A DNA stretch of 60,824 nt, taken from a virus (taxonomy: Duplodnaviria; Caudoviricetes). Shown here one piece after another: positions 19,682 to 29,769 of this stretch. The notes beneath the pieces were generated by a model. The model was not told the origin of the DNA. It saw nothing but the letters and a program-made list of their open reading frames with translations, and searched no databases. The position numbers and the translations under genes were made by a program. Every line of letters starts with the position of its first letter. Within the stretch, counting starts at the first letter, position 1. The DNA is taken from the IMG/VR virus record IMGVR_UViG_3300045738_001878, positions 1 to 60,824 of that record, one strand, 5' to 3'.

Positions 19682-21256
19682 ATGGCAACAAATTGTCCAA
19701 TTGAAGTATCCCCCTACGATCAATCGGGAATAGTAAAAAACCCCAACATATTCAATCTTAATTACACCAATCAAGATTTCTATTCAATGAAAACCAGATT
19801 GGTAGATTTCATTAATGAAAGATTTGGACCTGATGGTACAGTTATACCTAATACATTCAACGATTTTGTGGAGTCTGATTTAGCAATCATGCTGATTGAA
19901 AATTGGGCATTCTTAGCAGATACTTTGTCCTTCAAGATGGATCAAATTGTCAATGAGTTATTTATTGATACGGTTACCGAAGTTGAAAATGCTTTCCGAT
20001 TGTCAAAATTGGTCGGCTTCAAACCACAACCACCCATAGCTGCTCGATCATTATGGAGTGCGACTATTAACAATCCTATATTAACAGACATAACCATTGA
20101 AACACCATTGATTGTAGATGTAGTTTCAGGTGGCGACTCAATCACAATAGAGCTATTTCAGGCAGACTCGAATAATATACCAAAATTTGAACAAGATATA
20201 CTTCTACCTGCGGGATCGATTGTTAATCAAAGTATTGTTGGCTTAGAAGGACGAACATATGAAAGTCTATTCACTGGTACTGGAGAACCTGCACAAAATA
20301 TTGAGTTGGGTTTCTTCCCAGTAATAGATGGCTCTATCAAGATAGAGGTAGATGGATTCACCTGGACTAAAGTTGATTTTTTCACAGATTCTAAACCCCG
20401 TAGAGAATACCGAGTAGAATTTGATTCTGAATATCACGCATATGCTATTTTTGGCAACAATAGAGCCGGTTTAATACCTTCACAAGGTTCTCAAATTCAA
20501 GCTACATTTAGAGTGGGCGGCGGTACGGCAGGTAATATTATTACTGGATTTGTAGAAAAACAAAGTCAGATAGTAGTGCCTGGATTATCTTTTAATGTTC
20601 CAGTAACGTTTAGAAACTATACAAAAGGAGAGTTTGGGTATAATGGTGATGGCATCGAAGATATTAGAAGAAAATTGCCACTTTGGCTGAGCACCCAAAA
20701 TAGAGCCGTATCGGGAGAAGACTATAAAATCCTTGCAGACCAATTTACTACACTATATCATGGTCAAATCGGCAAATCTACAGCCATTTTAAGAAACCAC
20801 GGATGTGCTGCTAACATTATTGATTTATACGTATTGGCCAAAGATGGAGATGATGATCTAGAAGAAGCAGGGAATGAATTAAAAGTTGACCTTAACGACG
20901 AACTCAATATTAAAAAAATGCTCACAGATTTTGTGTGTATAAGAAATGGAGAGGTTATTTATGTTGATGTATCCATTGATGTAAATATGGATAAATTTTA
21001 CAGAAAGTTCGAACCAGAATATACAATTAACATACAAAGAAAAGTGAATGAGTTTTTCTCTCTAAATAATTGGGACTATGGAAAGACTTTAAGAGATACA
21101 GACATCATTAAAGAATTATCGGATATCAAGGAAGTAAATGGATATGATATAACATTTGTCACCGATGATGCAGACAATTCTGGCAATATCGTGTCAACTA
21201 AATTCTTTGAGATAATTAGACCGGATGACATAGTAATTTCATTCGTATTTGAATAA
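19682..21256 (+). CDS. Baseplate wedge protein gp6/gpJ-like
   Basis: YTNQDF..MK..L..F..NDF.ESD...LIE..A...D.LSF; FG....G..P; YRVGGG-like FRVGGG..GN; QNRAVS.EDY. Confidence 0.92.
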   Translation: MATNCPIEVSPYDQSGIVKNPNIFNLNYTNQDFYSMKTRLVDFINERFGPDGTVIPNTFNDFVESDLAIMLIENWAFLADTLSFKMDQIVNELFIDTVTEVENAFRLSKLVGFKPQPPIAARSLWSATINNPILTDITIETPLIVDVVSGGDSITIELFQADSNNIPKFEQDILLPAGSIVNQSIVGLEGRTYESLFTGTGEPAQNIELGFFPVIDGSIKIEVDGFTWTKVDFFTDSKPRREYRVEFDSEYHAYAIFGNNRAGLIPSQGSQIQATFRVGGGTAGNIITGFVEKQSQIVVPGLSFNVPVTFRNYTKGEFGYNGDGIEDIRRKLPLWLSTQNRAVSGEDYKILADQFTTLYHGQIGKSTAILRNHGCAANIIDLYVLAKDGDDDLEEAGNELKVDLNDELNIKKMLTDFVCIRNGEVIYVDVSIDVNMDKFYRKFEPEYTINIQRKVNEFFSLNNWDYGKTLRDTDIIKELSDIKEVNGYDITFVTDDADNSGNIVSTKFFEIIRPDDIVISFVFE

Positions 21257-21264
21257 GGAACCAA

Positions 21265-24200
21265 GTGGCCACAAAGAATCTTAACGAACATCCCACAATA
21301 GCGGATCAAATCATTATTCAGATACTCACGCCAAGTGAGATTATCAGTGGTATCGCATTAGACCCAGATAACTCCATCCAGCCTGAGTGCTTCGATGCTG
21401 ATCCTTTTAAGGTAGATAGCGTAACCATTTACTACGTAGAAAGAGATTTTGTTGGTCGCAATTCTGGGGAAACGGAAATCACTATCCCCGATTTAAAATT
21501 ACAGTCTGAACTTGAAGAGGCAAAAGTTGTTGCTTGCAATAGCCCTACAGACAAAAATCTACTTGAAATCCAGAAATTGCATAACGAATTAGAAGCAGCA
21601 TCAAGTAAAGAAACAATTAAATACAAAGAAGCTAAAGCGGCGGCTATTTTTGGAGATGGCGACACATTCCCAGCTTGGCTATCCACTGATTTAGACAATG
21701 CCATTCTTGAACATGTTGCTTTGGATGATGATGGCGCTACTCAGTATGGTCACTTTAATCTAGAGTGGAATCCGGTTGGCATGAGAGAGGGCGATTACTT
21801 TGTATGCTGGACTTGGACACCACTTCCAGCAGGAAGTAAATTCTCTGCTCATCAATTTTTCCGTCTCGGTGGAGCCACACAATTAACAACTAGTATACCA
21901 ACACATTTCACCACGCCAGGAAAATATGACATCTTAATGGATCGTTATCTTCCTGAGATGTATAAGTACGCAATTTCTGATAGCGATTTAACTAAGGAAG
22001 TGTTGCACGAGTTTAACAGTTCTATTGGTGATGGATTCGTTGTTTTAGAAGACTTGGCCAATCAAATGGTCGATATAATTGATCCTAACGCAACACATGA
22101 ATCTCTATTGCAATTATTGGGCAATTTGTTCAACCTAAAACTTAGAACAGATGATCCAACATTGTGGCGGCGACAAATTAAGCGGGCAATGCCTCTTTTC
22201 AAACAAAAGGGCACCTTCCCAGGATTAGAATCAGCCATGAATCAAGCCGATATTAAATTGTCTAAATATACAGACTTGTGGCAAGTAATTTCTCCGTACA
22301 CATATCAAGAACACTTCGATGTAGGAAATGCAGACGATATAGATTTCGTTCTAACCAAGGCAGCACTCCTTCCAGTGGACGTATCTAACTTTGAACTATA
22401 TCACCGTGGGCCATTGCTAACTAACAATTGGGAGAAATTAGTTGGGCCAACCAATTATATTACACTCAATAATTCTAGTGGCGTAACAACAATGACATGG
22501 ATAGGCGACCAACTTTCCATAGGTGCCATCACTCTAGAGGAAGACGACTCCATTCGAGTGGTTTATAAAGTGGTTAATGTACCAGGGTCTTCTGAGCAAA
22601 CCTTGGAAGACTACATCCGCACATTGCCTATTTCAGATCAAAGAGACGAAAGAGATCAATTGTACCCAACAAAAAATTGGAACGTTCGTCTCATAGAAAG
22701 TGATGATGCTCTATTTGATTTAATCATTCCCTCTAGACATCCATTTGTTGATAATTTGGTATTCGGGAAGGTTAGGACTGAGTTCCCATATTCTGAGAAT
22801 GTTTACAATATGGAAGAATACAATGGGAGTAAAAGAGATTCTCTTGATCCTTGCGATATAGACAAAGGTTTCTTAGACCCATGTATGTCTTGTCAAAGTA
22901 GCAAGTACAATGTAGATTTAGAAATAGAAGATTTATCTAATTACAGATTAATAGAAGCTCAAGAAATACTTAATGAATTTACTCCATTTCATGCCGTATT
23001 ACATTCTATTAATATAACAGGAACTCAAACAGATTTCATTCAATCACCCGTAGAATTAATTGAAGCATTGATAGGCATCAATGGAGAAGAAACAACACTC
23101 GTTGATCCGCCGCAAACTATATTCAGTAGAACCATGACAAATACCTCGCAAATCAAAAGAGACGAGCTTGCTAATCTGACAACAGTGGTCAGCAGTGCTT
23201 CTGGCACGGGGAAGAACAAAATGGTCACATTGCTCTCGCCAGATTTTCACATGGACAGAATTCCCTTAGAGGATGACCCGACCTTAACTTACTTAGAGGT
23301 ATTGGCCCCCCACACGCACGCAGGGACATATACAATTCAAAATCCATTAAAGAATCACGCAGAAGTTCTTGGTGCAACAGAGCCAATTACACAATCTGAG
23401 TTTACATTTAGATTGTCTAATGAGGCCCTCAAGAAAACATCTTCCGATATCTATCAAGATGATTTCTTCGCCTTTGCTGATGACACATTGATTTATAGTA
23501 ATCTAAATGTTAAAAGTCAGTGGGACGTAGATAATGATCCTACTTATTCTGATGGTCCTTGGCAAGTATCTATATCTGCTTATTCTGACGCATATGACAT
23601 ACTCAAAGTGCTTCCAGATGGAACCTTGATATTAAATGATCCTAGCAAAACACTACCCACCGTGGCAACAACTGGAATTTCTTATGAGTTGTTAGATGAT
23701 TCTGCTACGGTTATAGAATCAAGCACGGTTGGTGCCTTGGCTGTTAAGAGACGTGGCCGAGTTGACATGGGAACTGCGGGAAGCATACTGGTGAGAGGTA
23801 CATCGACATCATCCACAGTTGATCTAAGGAATTTAATAAAGTCAGGATATACTTCAGGAGAAACCGGTTCAGATTGGTACGCACTATATAATGGAACTCA
23901 ATATTTTGTTAATGAATTTGTAGATGGAGAAACACATGAGTTTTACATTGATAACTACACAGTCGGGGACGTAACTGGAGTTACTGTAACTGTATATCAA
24001 AGAATTGCAAACAATGAATTAGGATTTTTCCATTTAAAAGGAATACAGCTTATCACGGGAAGCAATCATGAGACTGGATTAGGTATTCTAAATGGTGAAA
24101 ACGCACCAGCCGATGAAAACGACATTCTAGAAAATGATCTGTTCAAAGAGAATTTTCTTGTTTTAATAGACTCAGAATACTTTGCTATTTCAGATATAGA

Positions 24201-24555
24201 TGGCACAACAATAACTCTAGCAGGACCGCATAATGATTGGAACACCACTGGTACAGCAGTTGATTACGATATCTTCAAATATTCAAAATTCACTGGAACC
24301 ACAGTTGATCCGCCCACTGGATATAGGTTTGATCCGGTAGCTGACATTCCTGAAAGGATTTATCCACCAATGCCCGGTTATAAATTCGAATTTTTAGATC
24401 GGCGAGGAAATGAAGTGATTAAAATAGATACTGAAACAGGTATGTCTATGATGGCTATGGCTAGCCTACTTAATGCAGGAAGCAAAGATCAGATACTAGA
24501 AACAGTCGGCCAAGAAGAAAGCATAACATTTTCCGTCGATTGGAAGGATGAATAA
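21265..24555 (+). CDS. Large baseplate protein with P2 gpI/gp7-like domain
   Basis: IDP......LL.LLG..F.......WRRQIK.A..LFK.KGT..GL; follows gp6-like gene; GTG start with AAGGA SD. Confidence 0.7.
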   Translation: MATKNLNEHPTIADQIIIQILTPSEIISGIALDPDNSIQPECFDADPFKVDSVTIYYVERDFVGRNSGETEITIPDLKLQSELEEAKVVACNSPTDKNLLEIQKLHNELEAASSKETIKYKEAKAAAIFGDGDTFPAWLSTDLDNAILEHVALDDDGATQYGHFNLEWNPVGMREGDYFVCWTWTPLPAGSKFSAHQFFRLGGATQLTTSIPTHFTTPGKYDILMDRYLPEMYKYAISDSDLTKEVLHEFNSSIGDGFVVLEDLANQMVDIIDPNATHESLLQLLGNLFNLKLRTDDPTLWRRQIKRAMPLFKQKGTFPGLESAMNQADIKLSKYTDLWQVISPYTYQEHFDVGNADDIDFVLTKAALLPVDVSNFELYHRGPLLTNNWEKLVGPTNYITLNNSSGVTTMTWIGDQLSIGAITLEEDDSIRVVYKVVNVPGSSEQTLEDYIRTLPISDQRDERDQLYPTKNWNVRLIESDDALFDLIIPSRHPFVDNLVFGKVRTEFPYSENVYNMEEYNGSKRDSLDPCDIDKGFLDPCMSCQSSKYNVDLEIEDLSNYRLIEAQEILNEFTPFHAVLHSINITGTQTDFIQSPVELIEALIGINGEETTLVDPPQTIFSRTMTNTSQIKRDELANLTTVVSSASGTGKNKMVTLLSPDFHMDRIPLEDDPTLTYLEVLAPHTHAGTYTIQNPLKNHAEVLGATEPITQSEFTFRLSNEALKKTSSDIYQDDFFAFADDTLIYSNLNVKSQWDVDNDPTYSDGPWQVSISAYSDAYDILKVLPDGTLILNDPSKTLPTVATTGISYELLDDSATVIESSTVGALAVKRRGRVDMGTAGSILVRGTSTSSTVDLRNLIKSGYTSGETGSDWYALYNGTQYFVNEFVDGETHEFYIDNYTVGDVTGVTVTVYQRIANNELGFFHLKGIQLITGSNHETGLGILNGENAPADENDILENDLFKENFLVLIDSEYFAISDIDGTTITLAGPHNDWNTTGTAVDYDIFKYSKFTGTTVDPPTGYRFDPVADIPERIYPPMPGYKFEFLDRRGNEVIKIDTETGMSMMAMASLLNAGSKDQILETVGQEESITFSVDWKDE

Positions 24556-25035
24556 ATGACCAGCATGAATGAAAACATACAATTAAAAGGCCAAATCGAG
24601 GCAGTTATTGAATACAGAGATGGTCGAAAAGAGTATCGATCAACCTGTAATACGGTACTTCGCAATGGTCGAGAAGCGCTTGCTAGTAGTTTGGCCAATG
24701 AAATTGGCGATTCTTTTGACTTTTACATTAGCAAGATGCTATTTGGTGATGGTGGCACAAACAGCGGAGTGCCTAAATTCGTTAATTCAGGAAGAAATGG
24801 ACTCTTTGGCGTTACACGTTCTACCAAGTCCATAATCGCCACTATTGATCCAGCCATACCTTCCCAAGTCATATTTACATCTATACTGGGTTACGATGAT
24901 GCCAATGGATATTCATTAAACGAAATGGCTCTTCAGATGAACAATGGTGATTTATACAGTATGGCAACATTCGCTGATCTTAACAAAACATCTACAATGC
25001 AGATTACATGGAATTGGCGATATTCCTTTGTTTAA
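24556..25035 (+). CDS. Baseplate/tail-fibre attachment protein
   Basis: NTVL.NGR..LA..L...ISKM.FGDGG; ANG.SLNEMAL...G.L.S..TF....KT...I...W. Confidence 0.6.
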   Translation: MTSMNENIQLKGQIEAVIEYRDGRKEYRSTCNTVLRNGREALASSLANEIGDSFDFYISKMLFGDGGTNSGVPKFVNSGRNGLFGVTRSTKSIIATIDPAIPSQVIFTSILGYDDANGYSLNEMALQMNNGDLYSMATFADLNKTSTMQITWNWRYSFV

Positions 25036-25058
25036 TCTTCATAACGTACTTATATACA

Positions 25059-25197
25059 GGCAGAAGGTATCACAGGTGGTCGAGGTTTTCTCCTACCTTT
25101 GATAAACACAAAAGGGGCAGGCACCCCAAATTTAATACACAATGAGGAAGATTGGGAATGGTAAATCCCCAAACGAAACAACAACAACCCTTCTGCC
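25059..25197 (+). ncRNA. Candidate structured RNA (about 140 nt): 9-bp closing stem and three internal hairpins
   Basis: GGCAGAAGG 25059-67 pairs with CCTTCTGCC 25189-97; TATCA-AGGTGG-GAG pairs with CTC-CTACCT-TGATA (25068-25104); GGGG/CCCC and TTGGG/CCCAA hairpins; TATATA at 25051. Confidence 0.5.
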
Positions 25198-25209
25198 AGA
25201 GGCACCCTA

Positions 25210-25500
25210 ATGAAAAAGTCTTTTATTGTAACTCGGTATTACGACCCTGATACAAAAACATCACAGAAAGTAATTTTTGTAGATGATGAATTATTTGATT
25301 GGGGGATAGAAGAAGAAGCCCTGGAGCAAGCTCGAAAGTTCTCCAAGAACGATGAGGGCATTCAAACCGCTATTCACGGTGACATTCAAAAATACTTCCT
25401 CGACAGCCTGTCCGAATTTTTAGGACACACAATTACATTAAAGGAAGTTAATGAAGCCATTGAAAATGGCTTTATAGAATGCAAAAATGATACTAATTGA
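25210..25500 (+). CDS. Hypothetical protein
   Basis: 96-aa ORF, GAGG SD, overlaps next gene. Confidence 0.7.
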   Translation: MKKSFIVTRYYDPDTKTSQKVIFVDDELFDWGIEEEALEQARKFSKNDEGIQTAIHGDIQKYFLDSLSEFLGHTITLKEVNEAIENGFIECKNDTN

Positions 25501-26014
25501 AGAAACCGATAATAGATTCTATTTAAAAAAATCTGGTTTGAAGGACGCTGGAACAGGCGTTTTCGCAAAAGGATCAATCAAAGCAGGTGAATATTTGGAG
25601 GTTATAGGGGTGGCGGTTAAAATCGGATCGCCAGCCGCCAAATGTACCACATGGGCGCAACATTACAAATTTGCCGCCAAAGATAAAAATTTTGATCGAC
25701 ACATCATCCCTCTGGGATATGCGGCAATCATTAACCATACAAGCGACCAAACCCTACAGAATGTAGAGATTAGGTGCTTAAAGAGCATATCTAAGCGCAA
25801 CACTGCTGCTGGCAACATGGTTTATTATTTTATTCGGGATGTTGAAAAAGATGAAGAAATTCTAGGGAACTATGGAGAGGTGGTGCAGAGCAAGATTGAT
25901 TGGGTCGAAGAGAATGTGGGTTTCAATCACGAAGAATGGAAAACCTTTTTGTCTCATGACCTATATAACTTAGGAGTGTTGTCCAAACAAATGAACATCT
26001 ACAAGGAGTCGTAA
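25487..26014 (+). CDS. SET-domain protein-lysine methyltransferase
   Basis: S.L..AG.GVFA...I.AGE; GYAAIINH; RDV...EEI..NYG. Confidence 0.85.
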   Translation: MILIEETDNRFYLKKSGLKDAGTGVFAKGSIKAGEYLEVIGVAVKIGSPAAKCTTWAQHYKFAAKDKNFDRHIIPLGYAAIINHTSDQTLQNVEIRCLKSISKRNTAAGNMVYYFIRDVEKDEEILGNYGEVVQSKIDWVEENVGFNHEEWKTFLSHDLYNLGVLSKQMNIYKES

Positions 26015-26015
26015 G

Positions 26016-26837
26016 ATGCCCCAAATAGAACTAATACCAGAAGTCTTGCATCAGGCTATGGACCCGTATCATCACGAATTCGATAACTTGCCACTACGGA
26101 ACATTTTAACTCGCCAGAGTCTCTTGAACTCTGCTGTCGATATAAATTCCGACATTTTACGGGATTCTGTAGGTACACAAGGAACTCTTTCTAACCGACT
26201 CACCCAATCTATCGAAGACAACGGAGACTTAAAACTAATCGCCGTTGACGATGTGATGCACAACATCGCCTATCACACTGATGGTACTATATTGATTAGT
26301 AGCATCCCAGTATCTTTCGTTAGAATGAAAGAAGGAGAAAGAGACAAATTAGCTCTAATTGATGATGAAGCAACATCTATAAAGATTCAAGTAGAAACTA
26401 TTTCTACAACCGTATTATTTGATGATGAAACCGTAAGAGTAGTAGATTCTGATACAGTTACTTGGAGTGTTACTTCTCCCAATATTGTCAAAGCCAATTT
26501 AGCGTTCCCCGCAGGTGCGGCACACAAGCATTATTATGATCAAATACCAGTGCATGTAGATATAGGCAGTCCAGACTATACTAATTATAAGGTCACATCC
26601 TGGGCAACAGCATTTGTAGATGGCTCTCTACGAGTTACCATAAATGGAATTAGGATAACCAAAACGGAATCTCTGCTCCCCTCGGCTGTATACGTCCCAG
26701 GTTCAACCGGACCAAGTAGTACGTGGACCTTAACAGAAATTGACACCAGCGTTCCCGCCAGTGGTACTTTTGCATTAAATAGGGCAATTACCGACGATGA
26801 TGTAATTCGTATCGATTTTGATACTGATTTTAGCTAA
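26016..26837 (+). CDS. Hypothetical structural (tail/baseplate-associated) protein
   Basis: 273 aa; C-terminal SLRVTINGIR...D.IRIDF typical of phage Ig-like tail modules; AGGAG SD. Confidence 0.55.
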   Translation: MPQIELIPEVLHQAMDPYHHEFDNLPLRNILTRQSLLNSAVDINSDILRDSVGTQGTLSNRLTQSIEDNGDLKLIAVDDVMHNIAYHTDGTILISSIPVSFVRMKEGERDKLALIDDEATSIKIQVETISTTVLFDDETVRVVDSDTVTWSVTSPNIVKANLAFPAGAAHKHYYDQIPVHVDIGSPDYTNYKVTSWATAFVDGSLRVTINGIRITKTESLLPSAVYVPGSTGPSSTWTLTEIDTSVPASGTFALNRAITDDDVIRIDFDTDFS

Positions 26838-26847
26838 GGCCAAATAA

Positions 26848-27408
26848 GTGAGAGATAGATACCATATAAATTTTGGGTTTGTCATACTTTCACCGGAACA
26901 CAATGTTGGATTAGTGCAATCAACAGTGCGATCTATTAGAAATCACTATAATGATTTGCCATATTGTTGTGTAACGGGTAAAGATGCAACCGTCAGCAAT
27001 ATTCGTGAATTAAAGAAAGTCTGTCCTGCCGTATACAAAGGCAAGGAAACAATCACTTCTTTAATAAATCAAGGGATAAAAAAAGGCTGCAAAGAATGGA
27101 ATTATATCATCATGGAAGGCACCACCATGCGCAGGGACATCGATAAGAGATATAGCACTTTCCTAAAAAACGAAAAAGACATCTTTTTCCCCATAGTCGT
27201 TGATTACGACCATCAAATGAGGCCAGTAAATCTACATACTGAATTTACAGACTCAACTTTAAACGGGTTATTCATACATCAGAAAACATTCAAAGAGGTA
27301 GGAGACTTTTCTGACAACCCACTGGATGTTTCGAGATTATTTTGGATGATAGAAGCAGTTGAAAAAGGATGTAATTTCAAAGCAATTTTAGGAGCGAAAG
27401 TATGCTAG
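26848..27408 (+). CDS. Divergent GT-A (GT2-like) glycosyltransferase-fold protein
   Basis: FGFVIL...L..TV.SI; SLIN.GIK....W..I..EG; FIH.KTFKEVGDF; canonical DxD not evident. Confidence 0.45.
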   Translation: MRDRYHINFGFVILSPEHNVGLVQSTVRSIRNHYNDLPYCCVTGKDATVSNIRELKKVCPAVYKGKETITSLINQGIKKGCKEWNYIIMEGTTMRRDIDKRYSTFLKNEKDIFFPIVVDYDHQMRPVNLHTEFTDSTLNGLFIHQKTFKEVGDFSDNPLDVSRLFWMIEAVEKGCNFKAILGAKVC

Positions 27409-27417
27409 AACGGGACT

Positions 27418-27957
27418 CTAAAGCAAATCATAAACATACGACCAGCGGTCATCATCTTTGTGTTGATAATTTTCTACCTCACGAAGATACTTGAATAGAC
27501 CATCCCAACTTCCAAAACGCTTGGTATTAAATCCCCAATACCAAAATGGAACATTATATCTGCCTTCTGGACAAACTAATAAAGTAGGGTTTTTATTATC
27601 TACACTATCGATAATCTCGTGATGAGTTCCCGTAGTTGCTATTCCTTTGGGCAAATAAGCTATTAGAAAGTCACTATGACTCACCCATGTCAAGTCTTTC
27701 CTGACAAATTTATGAGCAATTCCCTCTAGAGTTTTATCAACTTCAGGTATGATGGCGTCCAAACCACCCGCAATTCCTTCTTCTCTTGCAGCATTTAGAA
27801 TTTCAGCCCATTGCTGTTTAGGGTCTGAAAACGGGTCTAATAAGTCTACCCCAAATTCCTCGACTAATACCTTTATAGGTATGTCTCTCCAATCATCGTT
27901 GGTGCTATGCTCAATAGGGCCACTCAAGTAACATCTTTTTCCCTGTAGAACAGACAT
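27418..27957 (-). CDS. Nucleoside 2-deoxyribosyltransferase-like protein
   Basis: CYLSGPI...WR; DP; FVRKDL..V..SDFLIAYL...T.GT.HEI. Confidence 0.8.
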   Translation of the reverse strand: MSVLQGKRCYLSGPIEHSTNDDWRDIPIKVLVEEFGVDLLDPFSDPKQQWAEILNAAREEGIAGGLDAIIPEVDKTLEGIAHKFVRKDLTWVSHSDFLIAYLPKGIATTGTHHEIIDSVDNKNPTLLVCPEGRYNVPFWYWGFNTKRFGSWDGLFKYLREVENYQHKDDDRWSYVYDLL

Positions 27958-28013
27958 ATATTACACCTCTCACTCTAATATCTAATAATGAATTGTCTCA
28001 GAAAGGAACCAAT

Positions 28014-28709
28014 ATGTCAAGTGAATTGTATGCAGAAATAGAAAAACTCCTGACCACTGATGTAGTTGATCGTCACAGTTTTTTCCAATTGAAGTATTTC
28101 ATTGTGGGTAAAGAACCTACATCGCAATCTAAAATGTGGAGATGCCTGTCAGAATTGAAGTCTAGAAAGTCTGACCTAAACGGCATAAATCTAGAAATAG
28201 AGGAAACAAAGGATGTGCTGGAACTTCTAGATATAGAAGAAGGCAGACTAAAGAACTGGAAAAAGAATGATGATGAGTTTTCAGATAAAGAAGCAGAAAT
28301 CAAAAAAAGACAAATTGCTAGAAAAAGGATTTCTATACAAAAATCGTTGTCTGATTTAGAAAGAAAACTCAAATTCACGGAAGAGGAAGCTTCTTTTTTT
28401 CTACAGGCTTTCCATTCTATATCGAAGAAAGAACCACTCAAACCATATGACGACCTAGAATCTCAAAAAGAATATTGGAATGAGAAGTTGTCTCAAGAAT
28501 TTAATTTGAAGATATTATTACAACATGCGCCAGATACAGAATTAGTTAAGACAATTTTGGCATTAAACGACGACTCAGAGATCAAGAAACAAACCGTACA
28601 TATACTTAATACCACACAGAAAAAGTTAATACAAAAAAACGATGATGAAATGAAAATGATGATGAATCGGGACAAAGAAATTGGCCCAGAAAACACACAG
28701 GAGCAATAA
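28014..28709 (+). CDS. Coiled-coil hypothetical protein
   Basis: K/E-rich helical ORF, likely start MSSELY, AAGGA SD. Confidence 0.7.
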   Translation: MSSELYAEIEKLLTTDVVDRHSFFQLKYFIVGKEPTSQSKMWRCLSELKSRKSDLNGINLEIEETKDVLELLDIEEGRLKNWKKNDDEFSDKEAEIKKRQIARKRISIQKSLSDLERKLKFTEEEASFFLQAFHSISKKEPLKPYDDLESQKEYWNEKLSQEFNLKILLQHAPDTELVKTILALNDDSEIKKQTVHILNTTQKKLIQKNDDEMKMMMNRDKEIGPENTQEQ

Positions 28710-29761
28710 TGACAACAAGAGTATCAAGTTTGGATGAGGGCTACGAAGCAGGCGATCTTTCTGTATATCCGCTGGCAATTGATACCAAGAATACCCTCTA
28801 CAAGGCAACAAACAACGCTGAAACTAAGTTGAAACAGAGTCTTGCTTATAATGGAAAACATATAATTATAGAAGACGCCTCAAATTTTCCATCCGATGGA
28901 TTGTTGCGAATAGGCCCCGAACCTGGAGAAAGAGAACCAGGACAACATGAATTGATTTATTATGGTAAATGGAACTCTTGGGGATTAACCGATCTGATTA
29001 GAGGATTTGCTGGCTCTAAACAAAACTTTTGGCCTGCTGGGAGTCACGCATCTAATGCTGTGTTCGCCGAGCATCATAATGCTGTCAAAGATTCAATTAT
29101 AAATATAGAAGAACATCTGGGATTAAAAGACTTTCCAGATGAAAATTCTCTAAATGGCATATTGAAGAATATAGAAAACAAGTATCTATCACCAAAGCCA
29201 AGTTGGCGATCCTACCCAAGATCAGGACCACCACCATTATCTGTACGATTCCAAAATTTTTCAGGGGGTGATGCAATCAGGTTTCTTTGGGACTTTGGCG
29301 ACGGTAGTACCTCCATTGAGAAAAATCCTGACCACACCTACATGCAAGAAGGCATTTATACAGTTAAGCTAAATATCATTACTTCTTCAGGTGCTCAGGG
29401 GTTTGCTATCAAAAGCAACTATATAACCGTGAATGAAGATGAAAAGATTCCTTTCTTCTATGTTACGCCCGACGATCCTGCGTTACCAAATTATTCCATA
29501 GAAACTGCTGCTGCCCAAACAGCGTTGGGCAACCCTAGTAACGTTCAAACTTTCAATTTTGTTGACCAAACCGATGGCGATATAGTTCAAAGATTTTGGA
29601 TTTTTGATGATGGAACTAATGTCGGGATAACTGATCCAGATATCCACTCCTTCACCCATGATTATGAAAAACCCGGTAATTATGAGCCTTCTTTGCTTAT
29701 TGTTTTTTCTAGTCAAAAATTAAAGCGTATATTCATGAGAGATGAAATTACTATATTGTAG
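28709..29761 (+). CDS. PKD-domain virion protein (paralog 1)
   Basis: WDFGDGSTSIEKNPDHTY..EGIYTVKL plus a second PKD-like unit; shared N-terminal domain with AEHHN. Confidence 0.85.
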   Translation: MTTRVSSLDEGYEAGDLSVYPLAIDTKNTLYKATNNAETKLKQSLAYNGKHIIIEDASNFPSDGLLRIGPEPGEREPGQHELIYYGKWNSWGLTDLIRGFAGSKQNFWPAGSHASNAVFAEHHNAVKDSIINIEEHLGLKDFPDENSLNGILKNIENKYLSPKPSWRSYPRSGPPPLSVRFQNFSGGDAIRFLWDFGDGSTSIEKNPDHTYMQEGIYTVKLNIITSSGAQGFAIKSNYITVNEDEKIPFFYVTPDDPALPNYSIETAAAQTALGNPSNVQTFNFVDQTDGDIVQRFWIFDDGTNVGITDPDIHSFTHDYEKPGNYEPSLLIVFSSQKLKRIFMRDEITIL

Positions 29762-29769
29762 GGAATATT

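Noticed and set aside
14668-25035. Bacterial extracellular contractile injection system (eCIS) or T6SS locus
   Set aside because: Context includes a giant tape measure, gp2-like protein, phage-type primase and nuclease and many phage-style ORFans, with no bacterial housekeeping backbone; a phage tail module fits better
25059-25197. Retron msr-msd or tRNA
   Set aside because: Terminal inverted repeat is present but there is no reverse transcriptase nearby, and no cloverleaf or T-loop consensus
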